A stretch of DNA of 64,000 nt from Oscillospiraceae bacterium (GCA_031551635.1 JAVBNH010000006.1:11208-75207); one strand, 5' to 3'. Positions 47,279 through 58,437 are shown, counted from the first letter of the stretch. Notes: generated by a model from the sequence alone, not told the origin. Made by a program: numbers and translations.

Positions 47279-47368
47279 TATTTTTGTACAAATTATGCTT
47301 GATTAATTATTTATTTTATGTTATGATTTTGAGGTAAACCTTTTACATACAGAAAGGAATGACACTTC

Positions 47369-49963
47369 ATGAAAAAGAATGTCCTTGTCAAAGCATTAAG
47401 CTTACTGCTTACTCTGCTGCTTTTTATACCGGCTGTACCGATTAGCTCCTCAGCCATAGCAGTGGAGGATATAGTTATCTCGAACCCTACGGATGCAACT
47501 CTCAGAGCGGCTATAAACATGATAAACGCCGCGGATAACGGCGGCAGAATTACGTTTACAAACACATCTCCAGCTGTTATTGAGCTGCAGTCAGCTCTCC
47601 CGAATATTATAAAAAATATTGAAATTATAGGTCCCGGCGCCTCTTTGCTGACAATAAAAGGCTCAAATACTCCGAATGCTTACACTCTCGCGTTTAAGGG
47701 CGTTCAGCATCCGAACTTAAAATTTAACGGAGTAACTGCGACAATCAAAGGGATAACCTTTTCCGGTACAACCAGAAACAGCGTTATCTATTTTACCGGC
47801 GGCTGGGCGGCGAACAACACTCAAAACTACCACTTTTTAACCATTGAGGATTGTATATTCCGTGATAATGATGTTTATATGGGTGGCACCAACGGAGATA
47901 AACTCGGCGGTGCAATATATGCCGACGAAGACCCGCGAGTTGTAATCAACAGCAGTCAGTTTATCAATAACAGCTGCCAGAATTACGCACATTTCTACAT
48001 CACCGGTATCGTTTATATAAACGACTCCTTTTTTACTGAAGGTTATGCCGGTTTTAACAGTGTCGGTATGGCTGGCGGAGCTGATTTTAAGAATTCCACA
48101 TTTTATAATAACTATGCCTTTGCCGGTAAAGTTTTAAATTATGGCTGGGGTCATTTTTATAATTGCGCAATCATAAATAACCGCGCCGGGTGGGACACTA
48201 TGACCGGCGGCTTTGTGCTGCAGAATCTCACCGACCTCTCAGCTTGTATAATCGCCGGAAACACAAATCTTAACGGTGAAACCAACTATGCCCTTATGAA
48301 TGATACTCCCGTCTATACTAAGCACGCGCCCTCAGTTGCAAACGGCTACAGTATAATTGGCTATGACGGCGGAACATACACCCCTGAAAGCATCTTCGGA
48401 ACATCTGCGCCTATTCCGCAAACTGTTTATGGTTTAAAAATGGCTATCCCGATAAAGGAAAACGGCGCGGCGCATAATGTTATCAATCCCGCAAACATTA
48501 TACCGTCAACCGCCGACCCTGAACCGGGTAAAATCAAAATGCATCTGACAGATATAATGGGCTCTCCACGCCCCGGCATAAATACTGACGGCACACCGAC
48601 CTTTTGCGACCTTGGTCCGCTTGAGTTCAATCCTCAGCTTGAAAACTACAGAGCCATCCGTGATGTTTATGCTCAGCACATGACAACCTCGATTGACATT
48701 ACTTTGCCTTACGCGTTGAATGCTCAGCAATTTATCGATGCTATCGCAGCCGCGACAGTAATGAAAAACTATATTGAAAACAACAGCGAAAAATTCTTTA
48801 ATGAAAACAATCTAGGCGAAGGCTTCGGCGGCAATTCCGGAATGCTGCCAACACAGACTAAGGCTCAGGCTATCGCGCTTTGTGAGCAGTATATCGCAAA
48901 TTGCCAGGCAATTCTTGACTCCCAGTTTCCCATAACTATAAATTACAGTATCGCGAACAAGGCTACCGTTACAGGTCCTGAGACAATTTCCTTCCTCGGC
49001 GGTGGAACCTTCAAGGTCAACCTCACCCCCGGCACGGAAATTTCCAGCGTGACTTATACCGCGGCTGTTGTTCTCCCGGGTGAAACAGAAACTGTCACCA
49101 CCCCCAGAACCTTTACAGCCACACTCAACGCAAATAACGAGTTTTCCGTCATCGGTATAAAATCGCCGCTGACGATTCAGGTAAACCTCAGGATTCAACA
49201 GTTTACAGTTACCGTTGACTGCGGCGCAAACGGAAGAGTCAACCCAGGAACAGGATCTGTTAATTACGGCACTTCGCCGAACTATACAATCACTGCGAAC
49301 GCCAACTACCTCATTGATACCCTCACCGTCAACAACATTGAGGTGCCGGAGGCGGCGGGTCAGACAGAATACGGTATAACACTGAACAATGTTTTATCCG
49401 CACAGTCCATTAAGGTTACTTTTAGGCAGAAGAAATACTATGTTTCTTCAAAAGCTTTCGGAGAGGGAACAATATCACCTGACGGCATGAAGGAAGTCGC
49501 GTTCAATTCCACCCATGTTTATGAAATAAACGCAAAGCCCGGTTATCTTATCGATTCACTCACTGTTAACGGAGTCATTATAACCGCGGCGTCAAATAAA
49601 AAGTCATATTCACTGTCTATCGGTCCGATTGAGCTGCTGCTTACCGAAATCACCGCGACCTTTAAAGAGAGTCAGTATAAGGACATTGAGGTTATAATAG
49701 CTAATATGCCGGACGAAAAGGATATTACTTTATATACAGCAAAGAGCTGGGACGCAATGATTGCGGCGTATGACAAGCTGCAAGATCTCATGAATAATCA
49801 GGCTCCTTTAGGCGACTTGAACAATGCGGCAAACGAACTGCAGGGCACCATTGACAACCTTAAAAAGAGGAATTCCTTTGATACCTTCTGGCAGTTTATA
49901 CTGATGATTTTAGCTCAGCTCAGGTCACTGTTTGATTTGAGAAAAATACTTGGAACAGACTGA
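47369..49963 (+). CDS. secreted/cell-surface protein: signal peptide, beta-helix-like region, repeated InlB-B-repeat-like domains, C-terminal hydrophobic segment
   Basis: Signal peptide MKKNVLVKALSLLLTLLLFIPAVPISSSA. GGAIY-type beta-helix repeats. Three repeats resembling FTVTVDCGANGRVNPG...YLIDTLTVNN. Confidence 0.6.
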   Translation: MKKNVLVKALSLLLTLLLFIPAVPISSSAIAVEDIVISNPTDATLRAAINMINAADNGGRITFTNTSPAVIELQSALPNIIKNIEIIGPGASLLTIKGSNTPNAYTLAFKGVQHPNLKFNGVTATIKGITFSGTTRNSVIYFTGGWAANNTQNYHFLTIEDCIFRDNDVYMGGTNGDKLGGAIYADEDPRVVINSSQFINNSCQNYAHFYITGIVYINDSFFTEGYAGFNSVGMAGGADFKNSTFYNNYAFAGKVLNYGWGHFYNCAIINNRAGWDTMTGGFVLQNLTDLSACIIAGNTNLNGETNYALMNDTPVYTKHAPSVANGYSIIGYDGGTYTPESIFGTSAPIPQTVYGLKMAIPIKENGAAHNVINPANIIPSTADPEPGKIKMHLTDIMGSPRPGINTDGTPTFCDLGPLEFNPQLENYRAIRDVYAQHMTTSIDITLPYALNAQQFIDAIAAATVMKNYIENNSEKFFNENNLGEGFGGNSGMLPTQTKAQAIALCEQYIANCQAILDSQFPITINYSIANKATVTGPETISFLGGGTFKVNLTPGTEISSVTYTAAVVLPGETETVTTPRTFTATLNANNEFSVIGIKSPLTIQVNLRIQQFTVTVDCGANGRVNPGTGSVNYGTSPNYTITANANYLIDTLTVNNIEVPEAAGQTEYGITLNNVLSAQSIKVTFRQKKYYVSSKAFGEGTISPDGMKEVAFNSTHVYEINAKPGYLIDSLTVNGVIITAASNKKSYSLSIGPIELLLTEITATFKESQYKDIEVIIANMPDEKDITLYTAKSWDAMIAAYDKLQDLMNNQAPLGDLNNAANELQGTIDNLKKRNSFDTFWQFILMILAQLRSLFDLRKILGTD

Positions 49964-49979
49964 TATAAGTATAAGACTA

Positions 49980-50007
49980 ACGCGGCTCTCATTGATGGGA
50001 GCCGCGT
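49980..50007. terminator. shared hairpin between convergent surface-protein gene and nagA
   Basis: 9-bp GC-rich stem ACGCGGCTC / GAGCCGCGT. Confidence 0.5.
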
Positions 50008-50040
50008 CCTTATTAAACCTTTTTGCGGGTGAATATATAT

Positions 50041-51207
50041 TTATAAAATAATTTCTTCCCCATTCCTGTAAACCGACTTCACCCTTATATCATCATCAAA
50101 AATGACCAGATCGGCGTTTTTCCCGCGCTCGATTGAGCCCCTGTCTGCGCTCAGTGAGCAGATTCTCGCCGGGGTCAGGCTCATCATTTTAACCGCGTCA
50201 CAAAGCGGGATTCCGCATTTTTTATAAACCGTACGCACACAGATTTCAGGCGTCGCGACACTTCCCGCAAAGGCTTCAAAGTCTGGAAGCCAAGCAACTC
50301 CCCGCTCGACAATAACCTCCCTCTCGCCGAATGGATATCTGCCCTCCGGAAGCCCCGCCGCTCTCATCGCATCCGTTATCAGCACGGTTTTATCCGCGCC
50401 TTTTAATTTGTAAGCAAGCCTTATCAGCTCTGTCGGCAGATGCATACCGTCACAAATTATCTCAGCGCTGATTTCGTCACGCAGATAAACAGCTTCAATC
50501 ATACCCGCCTGCCTGATGCCCTTAACACGCGTAACACCGCTCATGGCGGAATACAGATGAGTCGCGTGGGTGAAGCCCCAATCAATCGCTCTCTCGGCAG
50601 TGGCGCAGTCACAGTCGGTGTGCGCAAAAGAGCATAGAATCCCTTTCCGGGTCAGAGCTTTCGCGAATTTCTCAGCTCCCGGAATCTCAGGAGCGGCGCT
50701 CCAGCGGATAATATTAGAGGATAAATCAAGAATTTCGCTGTATTCATTTTCAATATACGGCGTAATATATTGCTCCTCCAGCGCGCCTTTCTGGGACGGC
50801 GCTATATACGGTCCCTCAAGGTGCAAGCCGGGCATATCCGCGCCTGTAAAAGAAGCTTGCCTGACCTGTTCAAAAAGCTGCACAAATTCCTTTAGCTTCG
50901 TATGTGAGCAGGCGATACTTGTCGGGATAACAGTAGTCGCGCCGTGCCGTAGCTCCGACTGTGCGAGACCTATGAAGGACTCGCGGGTGTTATCCATGCA
51001 GTCATAGCCGCCGGAGCCGTGAACGTGAATATCTATAAAACCGGGTGAAAGATAATCACCGAGCGCGTCAACCGCGCGGAAATCCTCAGCAGTAATATCG
51101 CCCTCAAAAACCTCTTGAATTCTACCGTCAACTGCGAGGATACCGCCATTTTCTATAATCCGCTCAGGAAGAATAACTTTTGCATTATAAATTTTCAGTT
51201 TTTCCAT
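50041..51207 (-). CDS. nagA: N-acetylglucosamine-6-phosphate deacetylase
   Basis: GFIDIHVHG and a C-terminal DADLVIFD-type motif. No SD upstream of the ATG; a heptamer array sits there instead. Confidence 0.9.
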   Translation of the reverse strand: MEKLKIYNAKVILPERIIENGGILAVDGRIQEVFEGDITAEDFRAVDALGDYLSPGFIDIHVHGSGGYDCMDNTRESFIGLAQSELRHGATTVIPTSIACSHTKLKEFVQLFEQVRQASFTGADMPGLHLEGPYIAPSQKGALEEQYITPYIENEYSEILDLSSNIIRWSAAPEIPGAEKFAKALTRKGILCSFAHTDCDCATAERAIDWGFTHATHLYSAMSGVTRVKGIRQAGMIEAVYLRDEISAEIICDGMHLPTELIRLAYKLKGADKTVLITDAMRAAGLPEGRYPFGEREVIVERGVAWLPDFEAFAGSVATPEICVRTVYKKCGIPLCDAVKMMSLTPARICSLSADRGSIERGKNADLVIFDDDIRVKSVYRNGEEIIL

Positions 51208-51214
51208 GTTTTTT

Positions 51215-51249
51215 TAGGGACTAGGGACAAGGAACTAGGGACTAGGAGT
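51215..51249 (+). repeat. heptamer array TAGGGAC TAGGGAC AAGGAAC TAGGGAC TAGGAGT
   Basis: Begins 8 nt upstream of the nagA start codon (minus-strand gene). Confidence 0.9.
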
Positions 51250-51373
51250 CGGTAAATGCTGATTTAAATTGTGAATCGGTATTAAGATGGATTATGCCCT
51301 GACTCCTGGCGACTGAACCTTATTTCCTAAAATCGATGTTTTAATCATCGTTTTCATAGTCCTTTCCTCCGAT

Positions 51374-52147
51374 TTAACAGAATTTTTCAATTGACAAGCT
51401 GCAAGTATTGCCCTTTATCAGCCTTGTTTCGTCAATCGCCGAGGCGGAATCCGTGTCGAGATAGAGAGTTATATCCTTATGCTCCTTTAGCATTGTAGCT
51501 GGAATCATAGCAGACAAGGGGCTTTCAAGCGTGCTTTTTACCGCGTTCGCCTTCACCTTGAAAGGCACGCATGAGATTATTTTTTCACACTGCATAATCT
51601 GGTAAACGGACATTGATATCGCCTGCTTGGGTACCTCGTCAATATTCGCGAACCAGCCCTCGCCCACCTGTTGATTCTTGCAGGCTTCATTCAAGTCGAC
51701 AACAATATAAGCGTCCCGGGTTTCAAAATCCGCCGGGGGGTCGTTAAAGGCTATATGCGCGTTTTCACCGATACCTATAAGCCCCAGGTCAATCGGAGCC
51801 CTGCGGATTTCCTCACTCAAAGAGCTGATGCAGTCGGCACTTTCACCTACAAGAAAAGCCTTTTTCAAGCTCACCTTACTGATGAATCTCTCATTAAGAT
51901 ATTTCCGGAAGCTGGCGGGATGAGAGATGCTCAGGGAGAGATACTCGTCAAGATGGAACATCGTAACACGCGAAAAATCCACATCTGTTTTTGTCAGAGC
52001 ATCCAAAGTCTCGAACTGCGAAGCGCCGGTAGACAGAGCCAGCCTGGCTTCTCCTTTTTCGGCAATGACCTTATTTAGAATCTCGGCAGCGGCTTGGGCA
52101 GCCTCGGCTCCCATCTGTTTTGATGTGCCGTATATCTTTACCTTCAT
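51374..52147 (-). CDS. nagB: glucosamine-6-phosphate deaminase
   Basis: LSTGASQ, FHLDEY and GIGENAHIAFNDP. Confidence 0.9.
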   Translation of the reverse strand: MKVKIYGTSKQMGAEAAQAAAEILNKVIAEKGEARLALSTGASQFETLDALTKTDVDFSRVTMFHLDEYLSLSISHPASFRKYLNERFISKVSLKKAFLVGESADCISSLSEEIRRAPIDLGLIGIGENAHIAFNDPPADFETRDAYIVVDLNEACKNQQVGEGWFANIDEVPKQAISMSVYQIMQCEKIISCVPFKVKANAVKSTLESPLSAMIPATMLKEHKDITLYLDTDSASAIDETRLIKGNTCSLSIEKFC

Positions 52148-52246
52148 TCATTTTCTTCCTTTCGCTTCTTAAAAATTTTTAGCAGAAAAATTATAACACA
52201 AACATATGTAAAAGTATATAAAATTTTATATATACTCAAATATATA

Positions 52247-52276
52247 TTGACAAGTCCTGCTTTAAGATGTTATAGT
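52247..52276 (+). promoter_or_regulatory. promoter of GH5 gene
   Basis: TTGACA, 18 nt, TATAGT preceded by TGt (extended -10). Confidence 0.45.
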
Positions 52277-52309
52277 AAAAAATATTCTCTAACGAAAGGT
52301 TTGATAATT

Positions 52310-53461
52310 TTGCCAACGTTTTTTACTGATATTTACGCGAAGCTGCTGCCGATTTTAATGAGTATTTATATCGCTGTCAGCTCGTATATCGCACTTCCCT
52401 TCCTCCCCTCAAAAATCGAAATCCCGGAAACAGAGGGGCAGGCTTTTGTTGAAGAGATGCAGGTCGGCTGGAATCTCGGCTGCTCGCTTGAGTCCTTTTA
52501 TCAGGACACAACCGGAATGCAGACCGAAACCATGTGGGGCAACCCGAAAACCACTCAGGCTATGATAGATATGGTCAAGGAGGCCGGCTTCAAAACTATA
52601 CGCATACCCATTACCTGGTATCCGCATATGAACGGCGCACCTGATTATACAATAGACGAGGAATGGATGAACCGTGTTCAAGAGGTCGTTGACTACGCTT
52701 ACGGTATAGGCATGTATGTCATCATCAACGTGCAGAACGACAACCATGACTGGCTGATTCCCAATAAGGCAAACTGGGAAGCTACGGCGGCTCAGTATAC
52801 CGCTATCTGGGAGCAGATTTGCGAGCGTTTCGGCGATTATGACAACCACCTCATTTATGAGTCAACTAATGAGCCTCGCGTTGTCGGCAGTATTCTTGAA
52901 TGGAACGGCGGTTTCCCCGAGGAAAGAGAATATGTCAACAAGCTCAATATGCTTTTTGTCGAGGTTGTCAGAGCTGCCGGCGGGAATGACGCCGAGCGTT
53001 ATCTGATGCTCCCGACTCACGGCGCGTCACACACCTGGGTTGACCTCAATGCCATGGAGCTTCCCGAGAACGACGACAAAATAATTGTCTCCATACATTC
53101 ATATTATCCCTACAGATTCACAAGCGGCAAGGCTGAGGATATGGGTGTTAAAACATGGGGAACCATGCTTGAAAAATACGACCTTGAGCACATGCTTGCC
53201 CTGCTCTATGATACCTTCGTCAAAAAGGGTATCCCCGTTTACATGGACGAATTCGGCGCAGCTTATAAAGAGAACGACGCTGAACGCGCTGAATGGGCGG
53301 AATTCTATGTTAAAACAGCAAAGAAATACGGTATTGGCTGCAACTGGTGGGACAACGGTCTGCTCGACATAAACAATGAATCCTTTGTGCTTCTCAACAG
53401 GGCTGAGCTGAAATGGGAGCACAAAGAGGTTGTCGATGCGATAATCAAGGCAGCACATTAA
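52310..53461 (+). CDS. GH5 endoglucanase/cellulase-family glycoside hydrolase
   Basis: GWNLG, IRIPITW, ESTNEPR (acid/base) and MDEFGA (nucleophile). The track start at 52247 coincides with a TTGACA -35 box, so I took TTG 52310 after AAAGG. The start is uncertain. Confidence 0.8.
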   Translation: MPTFFTDIYAKLLPILMSIYIAVSSYIALPFLPSKIEIPETEGQAFVEEMQVGWNLGCSLESFYQDTTGMQTETMWGNPKTTQAMIDMVKEAGFKTIRIPITWYPHMNGAPDYTIDEEWMNRVQEVVDYAYGIGMYVIINVQNDNHDWLIPNKANWEATAAQYTAIWEQICERFGDYDNHLIYESTNEPRVVGSILEWNGGFPEEREYVNKLNMLFVEVVRAAGGNDAERYLMLPTHGASHTWVDLNAMELPENDDKIIVSIHSYYPYRFTSGKAEDMGVKTWGTMLEKYDLEHMLALLYDTFVKKGIPVYMDEFGAAYKENDAERAEWAEFYVKTAKKYGIGCNWWDNGLLDINNESFVLLNRAELKWEHKEVVDAIIKAAH

Positions 53462-53497
53462 GGAGATAGGCATTAGGTTTTTTCAGTATTTTTTTCA

Positions 53498-53540
53498 GCC
53501 CTCTGAACTTGTGAAAGGTTCAGAGGGCTTGGCATTTTGT
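53498..53540 (+). terminator. terminator after GH5 gene
   Basis: 12-bp perfect stem AGCCCTCTGAAC / GTTCAGAGGGCT followed by a T-rich tail. Confidence 0.7.
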
Positions 53541-53635
53541 ATAAATTTTAATATTTAGAAAAACTTTTTGTTTCTATATAGCATTTATATTTTCAGTATG
53601 TTATTATATTATTAACTATAATTGAAGGTGATGTT

Positions 53636-54655
53636 ATGGGAAATAAATTTGAACCTTATCTGCCGCCTACAAACAGGCTGGATGAAGATAATATTGTAAA
53701 AGCCGCTCTTATGAAAAAGAACCCGAAACGCAAAAAATACTACTCGGTCGATAAAGAGGAACGGCGGCGTTCTCTGAAAAATAAGCTTATTTCCTGCACG
53801 CTGATTATTGCGGTATTGTTTACGGGTATTCTTCTCGCGTCGCATTATATTGAACGTGAAAGAATAACCTCCTACGAGGTCGCGGTTGTGCCGGAGGAAC
53901 ACGGTGATATGACTGTGAGCTACCGCATTAAATGGAAGGTTGTGAACGACTTCGGCAGCCCTGTCAAAAAGGTTAAAATAAAGATGCCCAACAGTGGCTT
54001 TACTATTTTAGGCTATGGCGGCTCGGTAAAAGGAGCCGATCCTGCTAACGAATCAATTTACCATGCGGTTTTTATACTTAACAAGGCATACCGCACCGGT
54101 GAAACAGCCGAAATAAATTTTACTGTAAGGCAATCAATGCTTCTGGGCTTAACACCACCGGATAGGTCAAAACCTGCGGGAGACTACTATTATTGCGCTT
54201 TCACACCGGGTTATTTCAGGAATATAGCCGTCGACAGCTATCGCTTTACCTGGGAAAATTCAAGCAGCATAACAGATAAAAACTGTGACAGAACCGAGAA
54301 CAATTTTAACATCTGGGAGGGTGCGCTCGGTAAAAACGAAAGACGCGAAATGAATGTTGTTTATGAAAAAGGTTTCTACGATTTTGTTTACTACAGTCAA
54401 ATCGTCAATCATGAATACAATTTGGAGGACAGAAGCCTCAGCCAAAGAAGCCCTCTTTTCTCGCGAATATTGACAATTATCTATTTTATTCTGATTCTTG
54501 CAGTCGCCGCGGGTCTGATTATTTTTGTCGGGGTAATAAGCGGCGAATTTGAAAAGGAAAATCTGCTGAAAAACAAAGATTTAAAAAGGCTGAACGATAT
54601 GGCTCAGCCTTACATCAATAAAGTTAAAAAGTATTACAAGAAATACTTCCAATAA
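53636..54655 (+). CDS. hypothetical membrane protein (2 TM flanking a ~200-aa extracytoplasmic domain)
   Basis: 339 aa with SD GAAGGTGA. I recognise no family. Confidence 0.5.
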   Translation: MGNKFEPYLPPTNRLDEDNIVKAALMKKNPKRKKYYSVDKEERRRSLKNKLISCTLIIAVLFTGILLASHYIERERITSYEVAVVPEEHGDMTVSYRIKWKVVNDFGSPVKKVKIKMPNSGFTILGYGGSVKGADPANESIYHAVFILNKAYRTGETAEINFTVRQSMLLGLTPPDRSKPAGDYYYCAFTPGYFRNIAVDSYRFTWENSSSITDKNCDRTENNFNIWEGALGKNERREMNVVYEKGFYDFVYYSQIVNHEYNLEDRSLSQRSPLFSRILTIIYFILILAVAAGLIIFVGVISGEFEKENLLKNKDLKRLNDMAQPYINKVKKYYKKYFQ

Positions 54656-54664
54656 TTAATACAG

Positions 54665-57328
54665 TTAAATATGCTTGCTGATTTTGCTCAGAGTCTCATG
54701 CAGGTCAATCGGCTTGCCTATATGGTCGCTCATTCCCGCGTCCTTGCACTGCTCGATGTCTTCCTTGAAGGCGTTCGCGGTCATGGCAATAATCGGAATG
54801 GTTTTCGCTTTTTTAAAGTCAAGCGCCCGGATATACTTCGTTGCTTCAATACCATCCATCACCGGCATTTGAATATCCATGAGGATAATATCAAAATCGT
54901 CCGGATTTTTACTGAAAATCTGCAGAGCCTGCTCGCCGTTCTCGGCGCAGGTAATGTCAATGCCCGTATCCTCAAGCAATGTGGTCACTATCTCGCGGTT
55001 TATTTCGATATCCTCAGCCAGCAACAGCTTTCTACCTCTGAAATCGGTTACTGTTTTAACACTGTTTGCTGCGCCCTCATATATATCTGAGCCTTCCGGA
55101 GCCCGCTCAAGTAAAACAGAAAAGTAGAAGCGGCTGCCCTTGCCGATTTCACTCTTGACACCAACTGAACCGCCCATTAGCTCGACAATCCGCCTTGAAA
55201 TAGCAAGCCCCAGACCCGTTCCGCCAAAGCGGCGGGCTATGCTGCTCTCAGCCTGTTCAAAGGAATTGAAAAGCCTCGCCTGCTGCTCGGGTGAAATGCC
55301 GATACCGTTGTCGGTAATTTCGGCAAACAGCTCAACAGAATCGCCTTTTTGCCTTTGTGAGATTTTCAGTGAAACCGTGCCGCCGTCCGGCGTGAACTTC
55401 ACCGAATTTGACAAGAGATTGGTAAATACCTGAGACAGCCTCAGCTCGTCGCCTATGAAGCGGTAATCTTCGCCCTCATCGAGCGAAACGCTCAGGGCGA
55501 TATTTTTTTCCTCTGCTTTTACTGTTATGATGCTGACAATATTATCTATTGAGGCAGAGAGACTGAAGGGAGCGTTGACCAGCTCCAGCTTATTAGCCTC
55601 AATCTTTGACATATCAAGTATATCGTTTATAAGTCCCAGCAGATGCCTAGACGCATCGTCTATTTTACCCAGGCAATACTGCATTTTTTCACTGTCGCTG
55701 GTGCTCTGACCGATTTTTATCATACCGATAATCGCATTCATTGGTGTTCTGATTTCATGGCTCATCCTGGAAAGGAATTCGCTTTTTGCGTTATTTGCAG
55801 CTTCCGCCTGCTGCATAGCCAGCTCAAGCTTTTCCTCGTTCTTTTTTCTGTCAGTAATATCCGTATACATGCCTAAAAGAACCATCGGCTCGCCGTTGTC
55901 ATCTGACAACAGTATTTTGCTGGTGCTCAGCCATAATTCCTCACCCTCAGGAGTTTGCAGCGGTTCTTCAAAAAACAGAACATCCTGCCGTGTCTCAAAT
56001 ATATTTCTGTCGTTTTCTGTATATGCGTCGGCGATTTCCTTCTTATAAAGGTCATAATCGTTTTTGCCAATCAAATCATCCGGATTTTCTATATTAGCGT
56101 CACGGGCAAAGCGGCTGTTTGCTCCGAGGAAAATTGAATTTTTGTCCTTCCAGAAAATTCCGCTCGGTACAGTGTCAATAATTTTTCTCAGCATCAGCTG
56201 CGCTTCGTTGAGGATTCGGTCTGCCTCAATTTTTTCACGCATATCCCTCATGACTGTCGCCATGCCCATTATTTCCATTTTTTTATTATGAACAGGAAAA
56301 ACGGTCTGTTCAATGGGAATTATGCTTCCGTCACGCCTCTTCAGTTCTCCCATAGAAGTCCATGTACCGTCTCTGAGCGCAGCCGGCAAGCCAATTTCAA
56401 TGATTTTTTTAGCGTATTCGTCTGTATGAACATTGCTGATTGTAACAAACGGGTATTCGCTCGGGTCGTTATACCCAAGCATACGGTAAGCGCCGGGGCT
56501 TACATATATCAGATTATTATCCATATCACACACGGCGATATAGTCGTTGATACTCTCCATAATCGCCAGCTGCCACTGGTACATATCCGTCATTTTTTTC
56601 TCTTCGGTAATATCCTCGCAAATAGTCGCAAGCGCGACTATTTCCTTGTTCTCATTAAGAACAGGGAAGGCTGTCTGGCGAACCGGAATCTGACTGCCTG
56701 ATTTTCTCAGCAGCGTGGTTTCGCACTTCCAGGTCTGTCCGGACATAATGACAGGGAAGCATTCATTTTTTATAAACTCAAATTTTTCAGGAGTATGCAG
56801 ACAGGAAAGACCAAGCTCATAAATTTCCTCAATAGGCCTCTCGCAAGTAACAGCCATCGCTTCGTTAACAAATATAATATTCCCCTGAAGGTCAAGAGCT
56901 CCGAGCATGGTTGTTGAAGAGTTTATAAAAGCCGCCTGAAGCTTCAGTATCGCATCCTGCTCTTCGTTCTGCTTTTTCAGCTTATATTCCTCAGTGACAT
57001 CAACAAGAATGCTTAGACGCGCGTTTTTGCTTTCCGGCAAATTAACAATGCTCTCATAAGCGTCAAAATATCTGTCATGCGACGGGTTATACCTTCCCTT
57101 TGTCACTGTACAATCCCCGATATCTCTGAGTTTTTCGCCCGACACGCAATCCTTGCAAACATCACTTGAGCCGCAGACAGCGTTATAGCATTTTGCGCCA
57201 ACAAGGTCGCCAAAAAATAATGAGGCAGCTTTATTCTCGTAAAGAACATCATATGTTTCCAAATCGGAAATATATAACGGAATAGCTATATTGTCATATG
57301 CCGAAAAGAAACAGTTTTGTGACTGCAC
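54665..57328 (-). CDS. hybrid sensor histidine kinase/response regulator with multiple PAS domains
   Basis: H-box [15 protein letters not shown]2 box [10 protein letters not shown] and [13 protein letters not shown]...[12 protein letters not shown]. Cys-rich N-terminal domain. Confidence 0.9.
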   Translation of the reverse strand: MQSQNCFFSAYDNIAIPLYISDLETYDVLYENKAASLFFGDLVGAKCYNAVCGSSDVCKDCVSGEKLRDIGDCTVTKGRYNPSHDRYFDAYESIVNLPESKNARLSILVDVTEEYKLKKQNEEQDAILKLQAAFINSSTTMLGALDLQGNIIFVNEAMAVTCERPIEEIYELGLSCLHTPEKFEFIKNECFPVIMSGQTWKCETTLLRKSGSQIPVRQTAFPVLNENKEIVALATICEDITEEKKMTDMYQWQLAIMESINDYIAVCDMDNNLIYVSPGAYRMLGYNDPSEYPFVTISNVHTDEYAKKIIEIGLPAALRDGTWTSMGELKRRDGSIIPIEQTVFPVHNKKMEIMGMATVMRDMREKIEADRILNEAQLMLRKIIDTVPSGIFWKDKNSIFLGANSRFARDANIENPDDLIGKNDYDLYKKEIADAYTENDRNIFETRQDVLFFEEPLQTPEGEELWLSTSKILLSDDNGEPMVLLGMYTDITDRKKNEEKLELAMQQAEAANNAKSEFLSRMSHEIRTPMNAIIGMIKIGQSTSDSEKMQYCLGKIDDASRHLLGLINDILDMSKIEANKLELVNAPFSLSASIDNIVSIITVKAEEKNIALSVSLDEGEDYRFIGDELRLSQVFTNLLSNSVKFTPDGGTVSLKISQRQKGDSVELFAEITDNGIGISPEQQARLFNSFEQAESSIARRFGGTGLGLAISRRIVELMGGSVGVKSEIGKGSRFYFSVLLERAPEGSDIYEGAANSVKTVTDFRGRKLLLAEDIEINREIVTTLLEDTGIDITCAENGEQALQIFSKNPDDFDIILMDIQMPVMDGIEATKYIRALDFKKAKTIPIIAMTANAFKEDIEQCKDAGMSDHIGKPIDLHETLSKISKHI

Positions 57329-57343
57329 GCTTATACCCCTTCT

Positions 57344-57420
57344 CTAACGTTGGTAGGGCTTTGCCCTGCCCACAACCTAAGTCTTGTTTTTATTGAGCTT
57401 TCAGCCCACTAAGGTACTAA
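57344..57420 (+). repeat. ~75-bp palindromic intergenic element, copy 4 (variant first hairpin AGGGC-TTT-GCCCT)
   Basis: ctaacgttggtagggctttgccctgcccacaacctaagtcttgtttttattgagctttcagcccactaaggtactaa. Confidence 0.8.
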
Positions 57421-57534
57421 AAATTCTCCAAACGACTTTTTTATTTAAATATAATATATATATAACATCTTTTTTACTGAATATAATGACAAAATCAGAA
57501 ATAACGACAAATTTCGCATATTTTTTTTGCATTT

Positions 57535-58437
57535 TTAAAAGTCCGGAATAAAAACATTGCTTGCAGCTGTTCTCTGTTGAACAAAGCTGTTTGTAAAGCC
57601 AAGCGAATAGGCATAATCAACGACACTCGAATATTCAAATCCCGTCAGCCGCCTGTTGATTTCCGGAAACTGCGCTGCTTTATATACGGGCAAATACTGA
57701 GACATAATGCTCAGCGTCACGCCGCTGAGATTTTCGCTCAGCCAATCTAGAATCCGCATGGAATCCCTGCGCTGACCCGGCAGCACCAAATGCCTGACAA
57801 TCAAACCTTTTTTCATAATACCGTTCCCGTCCAGGCTCATGTCTCCAGCCTGACGGTACATTTCCGCAACAGCCTTTGAAGCAATGGGAAAATAATCGTT
57901 GATGCCCGAATATTTAATTGCGATTGAATTGTCAAAATATTTCAAATCAGGCAAATAAATATCGACAAGACCATTATACAAGCTAAGTGTCTCAATTTTC
58001 TCATACGAATTTGTGTTATAGACAACCGGAATATTAAGCCCCGCCGCTTTCGCGGCTTTCAGCGCGGGAACCAGCTGCCAAGCATAATGCATAGGAGATA
58101 CGAGATTAATATTATGCGCTCCCTGAGACTGTAGGGACAAAAAAATTTTCGCGAGCTCTCCCGGAGTTTTTTCGCCGCAGTCAGTGTCTCTTAAGTCCCT
58201 GTCTGAAAAATTTTCCTCTTCATATTCCTGGCTTATTCTGTAATTCTGACAATAAACGCAGCGGAGATTGCAATGCGCGAAAAAAACCGCACCGGATCCT
58301 CGCACGCCGCTAATCGGCGGCTCCTCCCAGCGGTGAAGCATAATTTTAGCGACAAGCACTTTGTCGCCTGCGCCGCAAAAAGACATTTTGCCGATTCTAT
58401 TAGTATTGCACTCATGAGGGCATAAATTACATAACAT
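57535..58437 (-). CDS. radical SAM protein (PflX / PFL-activase-like)
   Basis: CNLRCVYCQN (CX3CX2C), 300 aa. Confidence 0.75.
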   Translation of the reverse strand: MLCNLCPHECNTNRIGKMSFCGAGDKVLVAKIMLHRWEEPPISGVRGSGAVFFAHCNLRCVYCQNYRISQEYEEENFSDRDLRDTDCGEKTPGELAKIFLSLQSQGAHNINLVSPMHYAWQLVPALKAAKAAGLNIPVVYNTNSYEKIETLSLYNGLVDIYLPDLKYFDNSIAIKYSGINDYFPIASKAVAEMYRQAGDMSLDGNGIMKKGLIVRHLVLPGQRRDSMRILDWLSENLSGVTLSIMSQYLPVYKAAQFPEINRRLTGFEYSSVVDYAYSLGFTNSFVQQRTAASNVFIPDF

